This document shows positions 1 to 8,959 of a stretch of DNA of 64,000 bases, piece by piece. Location of the stretch: contig JBPPMJ010000001.1 of assembly GCA_051306005.1 (NCBI GenBank), positions 3,610-67,609 on the forward strand, read 5' to 3'. A program made the position numbers and the translations under genes. Each line of letters starts with the position of its first letter. The stretch's first letter is position 1. The notes below the pieces were generated by a model that saw only the letters and a program-made list of their open reading frames with translations, had not been told where the DNA came from and did no database searches. Source of the DNA: Minisyncoccota bacterium. GTDB taxonomy: Bacteria > Patescibacteriota > Minisyncoccia > Moranbacterales > UBA1568.

Positions 1-773
1 ACACCCGCCAGTTGCAGGTTCACTGCCCGAGCTGATTTTTTGACAAGTTCCAAGATGTCTTTGTGGATGACATCCGTGCAATCTATAGATGAACCGCCTT
101 CCGCGAGGCATGAATTTTTCTGAAGCAATACGCGGACTCCTTTTGCCGGGACAGTATCCAGCGAAAGACTATTTTTCGCGAGTGTCTGCATCACTTTTTC
201 GTTGATGATGACTTTTTTTTGGAGATTGATATTCTTTTTTTGTATGAGTGTCGCAATGGTATCGGTTCCATTCCCTATGATCTGAGGCGGAACCAACTCC
301 AGCACTCCCAGCAGACGGTCTTTGTAGATGAGTACGCGATATTCTTTTCCAAAAACCATTTCCTGGATGATGAAACTCCCATCGGAATCCGCTACGATTT
401 TTGCAAGCTCTTCAAACGATGTGATGTTCATACGAATACCGATGCTTCTCTTGCCGTTTGATTTCTTGAAAACTACCGGAAATTTCAAGTCAAAACCGGC
501 CGTATCCTGAGGGAATGACGCGGTGTTTTGGAAATAGCGACTTCGTGGAAATGGAATATTTTCTCGTTCCCAGAAGCGATATGTAATCTCTTTGTTTTTT
601 GCCAGTACCGCACTCGCAGAATAGACATCGTTGGCGAAAGAAAATAATTCTTTCACGATAATGCTACGGGATCCGTTTGATATCTCAACCACTTCTTTTT
701 CCGGATAAATAATTTCTGTGCTCAAATCCAATGCGTGAGCTTCCTCCAAGAGAAGTTTGAAATTTTTAGTCAT
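1..773 (-). CDS. ATP-grasp protein, cyanophycin synthetase/GshAB-like ATP-grasp domain (runs off window start)
   Basis: Hand translation from ATG at 773: MTKNFKLLLEEAHALDL...KNKEITY...FPVVFKKSNGKRSIGI...IIQEMVFGKEYRVLI...PPQIIGNG...NSCLAEGGSSIDCTD. Typical ATP-grasp motifs; absent from the ORF track because it is truncated. Confidence 0.75.
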   Translation of the reverse strand, partial: MTKNFKLLLEEAHALDLSTEIIYPEKEVVEISNGSRSIIVKELFSFANDVYSASAVLAKNKEITYRFWERENIPFPRSRYFQNTASFPQDTAGFDLKFPVVFKKSNGKRSIGIRMNITSFEELAKIVADSDGSFIIQEMVFGKEYRVLIYKDRLLGVLELVPPQIIGNGTDTIATLIQKKNINLQKKVIINEKVMQTLAKNSLSLDTVPAKGVRVLLQKNSCLAEGGSSIDCTDVIHKDILELVKKSARAVNLQLAG

Positions 774-783
774 AAGTTCAGTT

Positions 784-2187
784 TTATTTACTCACATCAA
801 CGAGAAATTTCCGAAGACTTTTTCTTCCTACGATGACGGGGTATTCTAGGTTGGCACGGTCAATAACAGTGACATAGGCAGGGATTTCAAGTGTGTCCAT
901 AAGGAGGGACATTTCTATTTTCGGTCTCATGCTGAAGCCACTCGCTGAATAGGTGAAGGTGATTGCCTTGAGGTCAGGATGAGCGTTTCGGTATTTCGCA
1001 TCGTACTCATCAGACAGTTTCTTGAGATCATTGCGGTTTGTCGAAGTTGGTTTTGGGATAGTCTCGAAAAATTCAAGCACGTCACCGAAGCCGAGTTTTT
1101 TCGCAAGCTCGGTATCAATTGATGTGGAATCGGCGCCAGTGTCTATTTTCGCCTCAACTTCAATTTCTTTGCCGTCTTTGCCGATGAGCTTTATTTTCTC
1201 GATACCGCCAATAACGCGTTTTCCCGAGAGTTCCTCAATTTCTTCCTCAATTTCCCCGCCAAAGAGATTCATACCAACACGTATCCCACGTTCCACAGTT
1301 TTAATTTTGATACCGGAGACACGCTCTAAGCGTTTCTTGAGTCCGCTCAGGTTGGCGAGTTGGATAGAAAGCCCCGGGCGCGCATTGAGTTCAAGGATGA
1401 CAGGGCCTCGTTCTCTATCAATAGCGATATCGGCACCGAGAAATCCCAAGCCGGAAATTTCCTGCGCAACTACTGACATACGGAGCATCTCTTTCCAATA
1501 AGGAATTTTGATACCAGAAAGAGCGAGGCGCGTATCCGGAGCATATTCGATGAAATGCCCCTTACCAAGGATGGCGCTAGTTGTCGTGCCAGTCGCCAGA
1601 TCAATGCCGACACCGATGGCTCCTTGTTGGAGATTGGCTTTGCCAGCCGAAGCGCGTGTCGGGAGACGGAGCATCGCCATGACCGGCACACGATTGTACA
1701 CAATGACACGAATGTCTGGAATACCTTTGTAAGCGTATGGTTTGAAAAGTTTGAGAAGCGTGAGACGCTCCTCAAAAAAAGCAACATCCGGCATATTGGC
1801 AAGTGAGAAAGATCCATCCAAAATGTTGCGAATATGATTTTTGATATCTTGGATAGAGAGGGTTGAGCCATCTGCCTTGATCCAAGTATTCAAATTTTTT
1901 TTCTTGCCGTAGACAACGAGGATACCTTCGCCACCAAATCCACGATTGGGTTTGAGCGCAAAACTCTTTGGCAAGCTTTCCCAATCAAAATGTTCCAACT
2001 CTTCCATATTTTTGATGGTAGCGATGAGCGCTGGGATGCCGAGCTGATGTTTTGTCAAAATATGCTTGCACAAGAGTTTATTGTCGGCGATTTCCCGTCC
2101 TTTCCGACGGTTATAGGGGCGAACAAAAGAGAGGTTGCGCGCATTCATCCCGAGCAATTGTCTACTTTTTTGGAAAAAATCCCACAT
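784..2187 (-). CDS. Alpha-L-glutamate ligase-like ATP-grasp protein fused to a C-terminal RimK-associated retropepsin-like protease
   Basis: LGMNARN, ADNKL, KPNRGFGGEGI, GIPDIRVIV, AMLRLPT, ANLQQGAIGVGID, ELNARPGLSIQLAN; C-terminal AKIDTGADSTSID and YPVIVGR. Confidence 0.85.
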   Translation of the reverse strand: MWDFFQKSRQLLGMNARNLSFVRPYNRRKGREIADNKLLCKHILTKHQLGIPALIATIKNMEELEHFDWESLPKSFALKPNRGFGGEGILVVYGKKKNLNTWIKADGSTLSIQDIKNHIRNILDGSFSLANMPDVAFFEERLTLLKLFKPYAYKGIPDIRVIVYNRVPVMAMLRLPTRASAGKANLQQGAIGVGIDLATGTTTSAILGKGHFIEYAPDTRLALSGIKIPYWKEMLRMSVVAQEISGLGFLGADIAIDRERGPVILELNARPGLSIQLANLSGLKKRLERVSGIKIKTVERGIRVGMNLFGGEIEEEIEELSGKRVIGGIEKIKLIGKDGKEIEVEAKIDTGADSTSIDTELAKKLGFGDVLEFFETIPKPTSTNRNDLKKLSDEYDAKYRNAHPDLKAITFTYSASGFSMRPKIEMSLLMDTLEIPAYVTVIDRANLEYPVIVGRKSLRKFLVDVSK

Positions 2188-2244
2188 AAAGTACTCGCAA
2201 CATTCTCACCACTCAACAATGAGTGAGTAGTGAGAGACTGATGA

Positions 2245-2904
2245 TTATTGAATGGAGCGTATGATTTTGCGAAAACGGATATATTCCGTAATACGCAACC
2301 CAGTCCATTTACCCAAAGACACATTGATAAGAAGTGTCAAGAAAATAAGCCATGGGAATGTGAGTAAGAGGCTGGTCAACAGTGTCCAACTTACCAAATA
2401 ATACCCGACAACAGAAATGATCAAGGTTTCTACCGCAAGAATAGAAGCAGTTTTGTAACCCTTCTCTATTTGGACAGCGACGAATTTTTCGGACAATGTA
2501 ATCATAATGAGAAGGGGAAAGATAGAAATGGAAGCCAATCCGGTACGCTGTTGACTGCCAGCAAAAACCAAAATACCGAGAATGGATAAAGAGATGAGAG
2601 AGAGTGTGATAGCGACACGCGGGAGATAAAGGAGACGGAAGTGTCGCAAGGCGAGACGAACGATCATACCAACGACGATGACGCTGACAAACATTGCAAT
2701 ACCGTACTTAAGACCATTAGGATCAAAGGCAAGCAAAGCAAACGTAATAATAGATGGGGTGTAGACACCAAAAGCTTTGATGCCTACCACTTGTCGAAAA
2801 AATGCCACGAGCGTCGCTATCAGAGGCAACATAAGAAGCATTGTGATAGTTTGGAGGGGCACCCCTTGTTCAATGAAAAAAAGAATCCAAGAATGATATT
2901 GCAT
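2245..2904 (-). CDS. 7TM membrane protein of the inactive-transglutaminase-associated type
   Basis: LLMLPLIATLVAFFRQVVGIKAFGVYTP, LLYLPRVAI, LGKWTGLRITEYIRF; lies next to the glutamate ligase-like gene. Start placed at ATG 2904. Confidence 0.8.
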   Translation of the reverse strand: MQYHSWILFFIEQGVPLQTITMLLMLPLIATLVAFFRQVVGIKAFGVYTPSIITFALLAFDPNGLKYGIAMFVSVIVVGMIVRLALRHFRLLYLPRVAITLSLISLSILGILVFAGSQQRTGLASISIFPLLIMITLSEKFVAVQIEKGYKTASILAVETLIISVVGYYLVSWTLLTSLLLTFPWLIFLTLLINVSLGKWTGLRITEYIRFRKIIRSIQ

Positions 2905-2915
2905 AAATACGGACG

Positions 2916-3407
2916 TTAAGAATTTTGTATCGCTTCCATTTTTCGGCGACTGGCATGGCACAGAGCGATTGCTAGGGCATCAGCCGTGTCATCGGGCTTT
3001 GGTATAGCAGTAAGTTTGAGAAGCGCGCGCACCATTCGTTGTACCTGCGCCTTGTCGGCACGGCCATAATTGGTCAATGCTTGTTTGACTTCAAGCGGAG
3101 TATAACTAAATATCTTAACACACAAATTCTCCAATGTCAAGAGAATGCATCCACGAGCCTGAGCCACGGAAATAATCGTTTTTTGATTATTGGTAAAGAA
3201 AATTTCTTCAACAGCAGATTCCGCAGGTTGATGTTGTTGTATAACAGTCGTCAAATCGCGGGTGATTTCCACCAAACGCTTGGCAGGCGGGAGTGTTTTT
3301 GCGGTAGAAATATGTCCAAAGGCAACAGGTGTCAAATGATTGCCTGTAACATCAATGATACCCCACCCGACGGTTGCCGTCCCTGGATCAATGCCGAGAA
3401 TACGCAT
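2916..3407 (-). CDS. ruvC: Holliday junction resolvase RuvC
   Basis: MRILGIDPG, VAQARG, YTPLEVKQA, DDTADALAIALCH. Confidence 0.97.
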   Translation of the reverse strand: MRILGIDPGTATVGWGIIDVTGNHLTPVAFGHISTAKTLPPAKRLVEITRDLTTVIQQHQPAESAVEEIFFTNNQKTIISVAQARGCILLTLENLCVKIFSYTPLEVKQALTNYGRADKAQVQRMVRALLKLTAIPKPDDTADALAIALCHASRRKMEAIQNS

Positions 3408-3463
3408 AGGAGTAAAGAATAAAGTTATATCAAAAAAACATTGAATATATACAAAGTCCGTCG

Positions 3464-4057
3464 TTAGAGTTTAGATTCTGAAGCGGGTGATGTCAGGGGA
3501 GGCGTTTGCATGATTTTGGACGTAGGATTGGCAGTACCACGCGAGAGACGCATCACAATATCTTTTATATGATATGGATCAGGTACCTGATGAAACGCAA
3601 AACGTTCATTTGCTCCAGCCGTTTGGATTACGACATCGCCGAAATTCAAAACGGTCGGTAAAACACCTTCAATTTCGGCCGTGATGTCTTGGATGCGAGA
3701 AAAACTCAATTCACTGATATGACGGACGAACAATCCTTTTTGTTCAATATTGACAATGCGTTCATTGGTGATAATCCAGACATCAAAATAATAATCAATC
3801 CAGACGAGGAAAGCAAAAATCCAGAGAAATAAAAAAAGTGTATTTTGCAAAAAGAGAAATATCAGTACGCCGTGTGTACCGATGAGAGCGGAAAAGAAAA
3901 GAGGGATGCTGACGAAACTGGTGATGAGTAGTAACGCAATGACTATGATGACAAAAAAATGGGTCAGAATGTTGAACCAATGCCGATGAATGATATGTAG
4001 TATTTCTTCATCGGGGTGTTGTCCGCGAAAATGATAGCGATGGATCAACTGTGACAT
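3464..4057 (-). CDS. Membrane protein with bacterial PH domain
   Basis: Two TM segments followed by WIITNERIV...IQDI...LNFGDVVIQTAG. Confidence 0.75.
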   Translation of the reverse strand: MSQLIHRYHFRGQHPDEEILHIIHRHWFNILTHFFVIIVIALLLITSFVSIPLFFSALIGTHGVLIFLFLQNTLFLFLWIFAFLVWIDYYFDVWIITNERIVNIEQKGLFVRHISELSFSRIQDITAEIEGVLPTVLNFGDVVIQTAGANERFAFHQVPDPYHIKDIVMRLSRGTANPTSKIMQTPPLTSPASESKL

Positions 4058-4071
4058 AAGGTAGGTATTGT

Positions 4072-4290
4072 TCAGAGGGATTTTTGGATCATATCAGTAA
4101 GTGGTAGATTGAGAAAAAGACTAATATTGGTGAGTAGGAGAATGACAAAAACAACCAAAAATAATATCACCCCGAATGTACCATTGCTTTTTTTAAGAGA
4201 GTAGCGGGAAATATGAAACACAATGAACAAAGCTGACACGAGATAGCAGAAAAAAATAATGAGATAGAATATATAAAAAAGAGGAAGCAT
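4072..4290 (-). CDS. Small two-TM hypothetical membrane protein
   Basis: Hydrophobic ORF co-oriented between ruvB and the PH-domain gene; start uncertain. Confidence 0.55.
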   Translation of the reverse strand: MLPLFYIFYLIIFFCYLVSALFIVFHISRYSLKKSNGTFGVILFLVVFVILLLTNISLFLNLPLTDMIQKSL

Positions 4291-4335
4291 ATATCTGTAT
4301 TGTACTCCCCTCTCTTTGAAATGCAAAATATTTTT

Positions 4336-5364
4336 TTAAAGCAAGGAATCCTGCCGTTCTGGTGGTGGCGTAAGATCAAGATGTTGATAGGCCTTGTCGG
4401 TTACAACACGTCCACGTGGAGTGCGCGCCAAAAAACCGATTTGGATGAGATAGGGTTCATAGACATCTTCAATGGTTTGGATTTCTTCTCCAGTAACAGC
4501 GGATAGCGCTTGGATGCCCGCAGGTCCGCCTTTGAAATTATGAATGAGTGTCTTGAGGATATGCCGATCCGTCGGTTCAAGCCCTAGTGTATCAATTTCA
4601 TAGAGCACCAGTGCTTCTTTGGCAAGATCACCCGTGATAACTGATGCATTGATGGTTTGCGCATAATCACGTACGCGTTTCAGGATACGATTGGCGACAC
4701 GAGGAGTTTGTCGGCTGGAATGGGCAATGATTTTTGCTCCTTCCGTGTCCAATCCGATATTCAATATTTCTGAAGAACGTTTGACGATATATTCTATTTC
4801 TTCTGGAGTGTAAAATTCAAGACGATGCGTGGAGCCGAAACGATTGCGAAGCGGATTGGAGAGCACTCCGAGTCTCGTCGTGGCTCCAATAAGTGTAAAG
4901 CGTGGCAAATCCAGTTGAATGGTACGGGCAGCGGGACCCTTACCAATGATGATATCCAATTTGTAGTCCTCCATCGCCGGATACAGCACTTCCTCTATCA
5001 TTTTGTTCAAACGATGAATTTCATCAATAAACAACACATCCCCTTCCTCAAGATTGGTGAGAATGGAGCCGAGATCACCAATCTTTTCAATAGCGGGTCC
5101 TGAGGTAACCTTGATATTCACTCCCATTTCCTTGGCGATAATATGCGCCAATGTCGTTTTGCCGAGACCTGCCGATCCATACAAAAGCACGTGATCAATA
5201 TTTTCACCACGTTTTTTGGCGGCTTGGATAAAAATGTTTAGGTTGCGTTTTATTTTTTCTTGCCCGATGTATTCTCCAAAACGCTGTGGACGCAGTGTGT
5301 TTTCCGCGCTCGACTCTTCTTGTGCTGGCTCATCTTCCGTAATCATAATGTTTTTCAGCTTCAA
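4336..5364 (-). CDS. ruvB: Holliday junction branch migration helicase RuvB
   Basis: [45 protein letters not shown]. Confidence 0.98.
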   Translation of the reverse strand: MKLKNIMITEDEPAQEESSAENTLRPQRFGEYIGQEKIKRNLNIFIQAAKKRGENIDHVLLYGSAGLGKTTLAHIIAKEMGVNIKVTSGPAIEKIGDLGSILTNLEEGDVLFIDEIHRLNKMIEEVLYPAMEDYKLDIIIGKGPAARTIQLDLPRFTLIGATTRLGVLSNPLRNRFGSTHRLEFYTPEEIEYIVKRSSEILNIGLDTEGAKIIAHSSRQTPRVANRILKRVRDYAQTINASVITGDLAKEALVLYEIDTLGLEPTDRHILKTLIHNFKGGPAGIQALSAVTGEEIQTIEDVYEPYLIQIGFLARTPRGRVVTDKAYQHLDLTPPPERQDSLL

Positions 5365-5497
5365 TAAAGGAAAAAATGTCTACTATTACTTATACGATAA
5401 CATTTTTTACGGTAAAAAACAATGAGCGGTTGACCCGTTAATAAACAATTATTTTTCCAATATACAACTTGTTTCACTCTATCTTTGGATCACAATG

Positions 5498-5526
5498 TTG
5501 ACAAAAAAACAGAACTATGTTAAGCT
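5498..5526 (+). promoter_or_regulatory. Sigma70-type promoter for the candidate ncRNA
   Basis: TTGACA (5498-5503), 17 bp spacer, TAAGCT (5521-5526), preceded by TG at the extended -10 position. Confidence 0.6.
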
Positions 5527-5530
5527 GTAC

Positions 5531-5775
5531 GGTTGCTTCAGAAATGTGTAATAGGCTCTTTTTGAAAATGTTTCATCTGTAGACAATTGGGAATTACTAT
5601 CTTTTGTTCTCAATCGTGGGATTGTTTGTCCAGATTCGGGTAGGGTGGTTTCGACTGCGCTATGCCTCGACACTTTCTCTTTTTCGAAGCTCCTATGTTT
5701 TGAAATTGTCTACAGTTGAAATATCTTTACAAGGAGCAATCAATGACCCCGTACCTTTTTTGGGCACGGGTTTTT
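5531..5775 (+). ncRNA. Candidate structured ncRNA (long closing stem, possibly 6S-like)
   Basis: No ORF. 5568-5588 pairs with 5704-5724 and 5531-5539 with 5733-5741; promoter upstream and hairpin plus T-run downstream. Confidence 0.45.
5746..5775 (+). terminator. Intrinsic terminator
   Basis: CCCGTACC...GGCACGGG imperfect hairpin followed by TTTTT on the + strand. Confidence 0.55.
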
Positions 5776-5799
5776 GATTGTCAAGATGAAACTTTGTGT

Positions 5800-8700
5800 T
5801 TACAAATCAGTGACACGTCGGACTTCCTCAAGAGTAGTATCACCTTCGAGCACCGCCAGAATACCGTCTTGGGCTAGTGTCAACATACCGAGACGGACTG
5901 CTGTTTCTTCGATTTCACTCGTTATGGCTCCGCTGGCGATACGTTTAGCTATTTCTTTTTCGATGGGAAGCGTTTCCACTATGATGATTTGTGAGAAAAA
6001 TCCGGTACCATGACAGGCCGAACAACCTTTTCCGTGCCAGAGCAGTGGGTGTGCCAGTAAGGCATCTTTGTCTGGTACGAGTGCCAATGTTTTTTCTAAA
6101 AGAGCAAGCTCCGTGGGGTTTGGTATGGCAGAGACTCGACATTCCTGACATATTTTGCGCACTAATCTTTGGGCAATGAAGAGTCCTCCTGTGTTGGCGA
6201 TATCATCAGCGCTGATACCCATTGAAGTGAGACGGGAGATGATGCCAGAAGCGGAATTGGCATGCAATGTGGAGAGAACAAGGTGTCCAGTACCCGCTGC
6301 CTGAATAGCGATACGCGCTGTTTCTTCATCACGAATTTCTCCAATCATAAGAATATCTGGATTTTGACGAAGGAGAGAACGCAAAGCGTTGGCAAAAGTA
6401 TAATCCTCACTTTCTTTGATCTGTGTCTGAAGAATGCCTGGCATTTTGTATTCAATCGGATCTTCAACAGTGATGATTTTCACCGCTGGCGTGTTGAGTC
6501 GGGCGAGTATACTATACAGCGTGGTCGTTTTTCCCGAACCAGTTGGACCGGTATTTAAGATGAGGCCGTTTGGTTTGCTGATTGCGCTGAGAATACGGTC
6601 AAGGTTTTTAGGACGAATATGTAAGTCGGTTAAATTGAGTTGTACGATAGATTGATTGAGGAGTCGCATTACCATTGTTTCGCCGAATCCGCTCAAAATG
6701 ATGGAGAGACGAATGTCTACCGATGCAGTATTGGTACCGATAGGCGTCTCCAGAGTCAGAGCAAAGCGCCCTTCAGTTGTGCCAGATCGTTCGGTGGATT
6801 TGAGCCCCGCCGCCAGCTTGATCTCTCCTACTAAAGTGGGATAAAAAGCGAGAGGCAGTCTGGTAACGGACTGAAGAATGCCATCAATTCTGAAACGGAC
6901 ATCAACGTCAGTTTCAGTCGGTTCAATATGGATGTCGCCGGCACGCATGAGCAGTGCTCCAGAAAAAATGGATGAGAGGACCTGTTCCGAGCTGAGGCCT
7001 TGAACATAGGTGGAAAATTTTTCAATGGAAGCGATAGCTTGGCGTGTTTGTTCGACGACCGTGGTAGAAATATGAGTGGCACGAGACAATTCATTGGGCA
7101 TAAGCTCAGCATAGACATTTTGTAGGGATTCAGTTTGATCGGTAACACGATAGACTTCATCAAGAGTTGTGATGCCTTCTAGAGTTTTTAGAAGACCATC
7201 TTGGGTCATTGTGACCATACCGTTTTCGAGGGCGGCACGAAGGATTTCTTGTTCTGTTCCAAAGTTGTTAATAATATCTGATATTTCTGGTGTCATTGTC
7301 ATGACTTCAAATATACCAATACGTCCGTGATAGCCAGTAAAGTGGCATTTGACACACCCGACCGCTTTATGGAGATGGGTAATGGTCTGTGGTAAAAGGA
7401 CTTTGGCCTTGGGAGAGATGATGGTGATAAGACGCAGGATAGTTGAGACAGTTTCTTGTGCTGGTACATAGGTTTCTTTGCAGTGCTCACACAAGACGCG
7501 GACCAAGCGTTGTCCGATCAAGGCATTGAGTGACGCGACTACAAGTGATGGTTTGACTCCAAGTTCTATCAGACGCGGAATGGATGCCGAAGCGCTGTTG
7601 GAATGTAGTGTAGAGAATACGAGGTGTCCGGTAAGTGAGGCATTGATCGTGATGTCTGCCGTTTCATCATCACGAATCTCACCAACCAAAATTACATCAG
7701 GGTCCTGACGGACAATCGCACGGAGAGCGGTAGCAAAGGTGTAATGTTTATTCTTAGAAATTTCTGTTTGGACAATACCAGGAATACTGTATTCAATCGG
7801 GTCTTCAACAGTGATGATCTTGGTACCGGATTGATTGATATGATTGAGCAACGTATACAGCGTAGTTGTTTTTCCCGATCCAGTTGGACCGGTATTTAAG
7901 ATGAGGCCGTTTGGTTTGGAGGCTTGTTTGAGCACTTCCTCGTAAGCCAGATGTCTGAGCCCGAGTTTGGTGACCTCTACGATAACGTCTTCACTGGAAA
8001 GAAGGCGCATATTGATATTATCTCCATATTTTCCCGGGATACTGTTGACGCGTATATCAATACGTTTGCCATCCAAATCAATGAAGAAGTGTCCGTCTTG
8101 CGCCTCATTACGGATATTAAGGCGCATTTTTCCCAACATTTTGATGCGTGATAAAAGGAGTATGTGAAGATGAGGGGGGAGTTGCCCGATATCCTGCAAA
8201 ACACCGTCGATACGGTAACGCAGACGCGCACTATCTTCACCTGGCTCGATATGAATATCACTCGCGTGTAATTTTTTGGCACCAGAGAGAATGATTTCTA
8301 AGGCGCGTGAAGTATTGAATGAACTATCTCTGGTGAGAGAAATAAGCTCGCTAAAATTTTTATCAAATTGCGCCAGATCAGTATCGCTCAATGAAACTCG
8401 GATCAAATCTAGCGTATCAATGAGCGTGCGTTTGGCATAATGTTTCCATGCTTGATTGAGTGATGAGGGCGAGATGATATACAGCTCTGCTTGCCAAGCG
8501 TTTTTTTCTGTCAAGGTGTGTATATATTCCAAGGTGTCATTTGAAGGGTCCAGAAGCGCGATACGCACAATGAGATTCTTTTTGTGAAACAGGGCGATAT
8601 TGTGTTGTCGGGCATCTGCTTCAGGCACGAGCAACACATCTTCGGTGTCAATGGGAAAAATATGCAGATCTATATAGTAGAGATTGTGCTGTGTCGCTCT

Positions 8701-8811
8701 CACGGCAGCCTCCTCTTCAATAGAAGCTTCGCGCATTTTCTGAAGTATTTTTTGGGAACGCTCGGTCTTCTCTTCATTTTCATGAGAGTTTCCAGCGATA
8801 ATCTGAACCAT
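5800..8811 (-). CDS. GspE/PilB-family pilus assembly ATPase with two tandem ATPase domains
   Basis: Two copies each of DIHIEP, RIDG, GPTGSGKTTTLY, TVEDPIEY, RQxPD..GEIRD, STLH and Cys4 zinc motifs. Confidence 0.92.
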   Translation of the reverse strand: MVQIIAGNSHENEEKTERSQKILQKMREASIEEEAAVRATQHNLYYIDLHIFPIDTEDVLLVPEADARQHNIALFHKKNLIVRIALLDPSNDTLEYIHTLTEKNAWQAELYIISPSSLNQAWKHYAKRTLIDTLDLIRVSLSDTDLAQFDKNFSELISLTRDSSFNTSRALEIILSGAKKLHASDIHIEPGEDSARLRYRIDGVLQDIGQLPPHLHILLLSRIKMLGKMRLNIRNEAQDGHFFIDLDGKRIDIRVNSIPGKYGDNINMRLLSSEDVIVEVTKLGLRHLAYEEVLKQASKPNGLILNTGPTGSGKTTTLYTLLNHINQSGTKIITVEDPIEYSIPGIVQTEISKNKHYTFATALRAIVRQDPDVILVGEIRDDETADITINASLTGHLVFSTLHSNSASASIPRLIELGVKPSLVVASLNALIGQRLVRVLCEHCKETYVPAQETVSTILRLITIISPKAKVLLPQTITHLHKAVGCVKCHFTGYHGRIGIFEVMTMTPEISDIINNFGTEQEILRAALENGMVTMTQDGLLKTLEGITTLDEVYRVTDQTESLQNVYAELMPNELSRATHISTTVVEQTRQAIASIEKFSTYVQGLSSEQVLSSIFSGALLMRAGDIHIEPTETDVDVRFRIDGILQSVTRLPLAFYPTLVGEIKLAAGLKSTERSGTTEGRFALTLETPIGTNTASVDIRLSIILSGFGETMVMRLLNQSIVQLNLTDLHIRPKNLDRILSAISKPNGLILNTGPTGSGKTTTLYSILARLNTPAVKIITVEDPIEYKMPGILQTQIKESEDYTFANALRSLLRQNPDILMIGEIRDEETARIAIQAAGTGHLVLSTLHANSASGIISRLTSMGISADDIANTGGLFIAQRLVRKICQECRVSAIPNPTELALLEKTLALVPDKDALLAHPLLWHGKGCSACHGTGFFSQIIIVETLPIEKEIAKRIASGAITSEIEETAVRLGMLTLAQDGILAVLEGDTTLEEVRRVTDL
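6513..7918. repeat. Intragenic direct repeat, 6513-6577 vs 7854-7918 (62/65 identical, 39 bp perfect)
   Basis: CCAGTTGGACCGGTATTTAAGATGAGGCCGTTTGGTTTG at 6539-6577 and 7880-7918. Confidence 0.9.
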
Positions 8812-8959
8812 ACGCTTTGTTTTTGTTTTTTATCAAATACCACAATTTCATTGTACTCCATTATGCTCTTTTTTCGCAAAACACCCTCGTCTCCAATGGC
8901 AAGGGTGTCAATACAGAGAATAAAGTTATCGGAAAACCGGTATAAACAATAAAAGGTGT

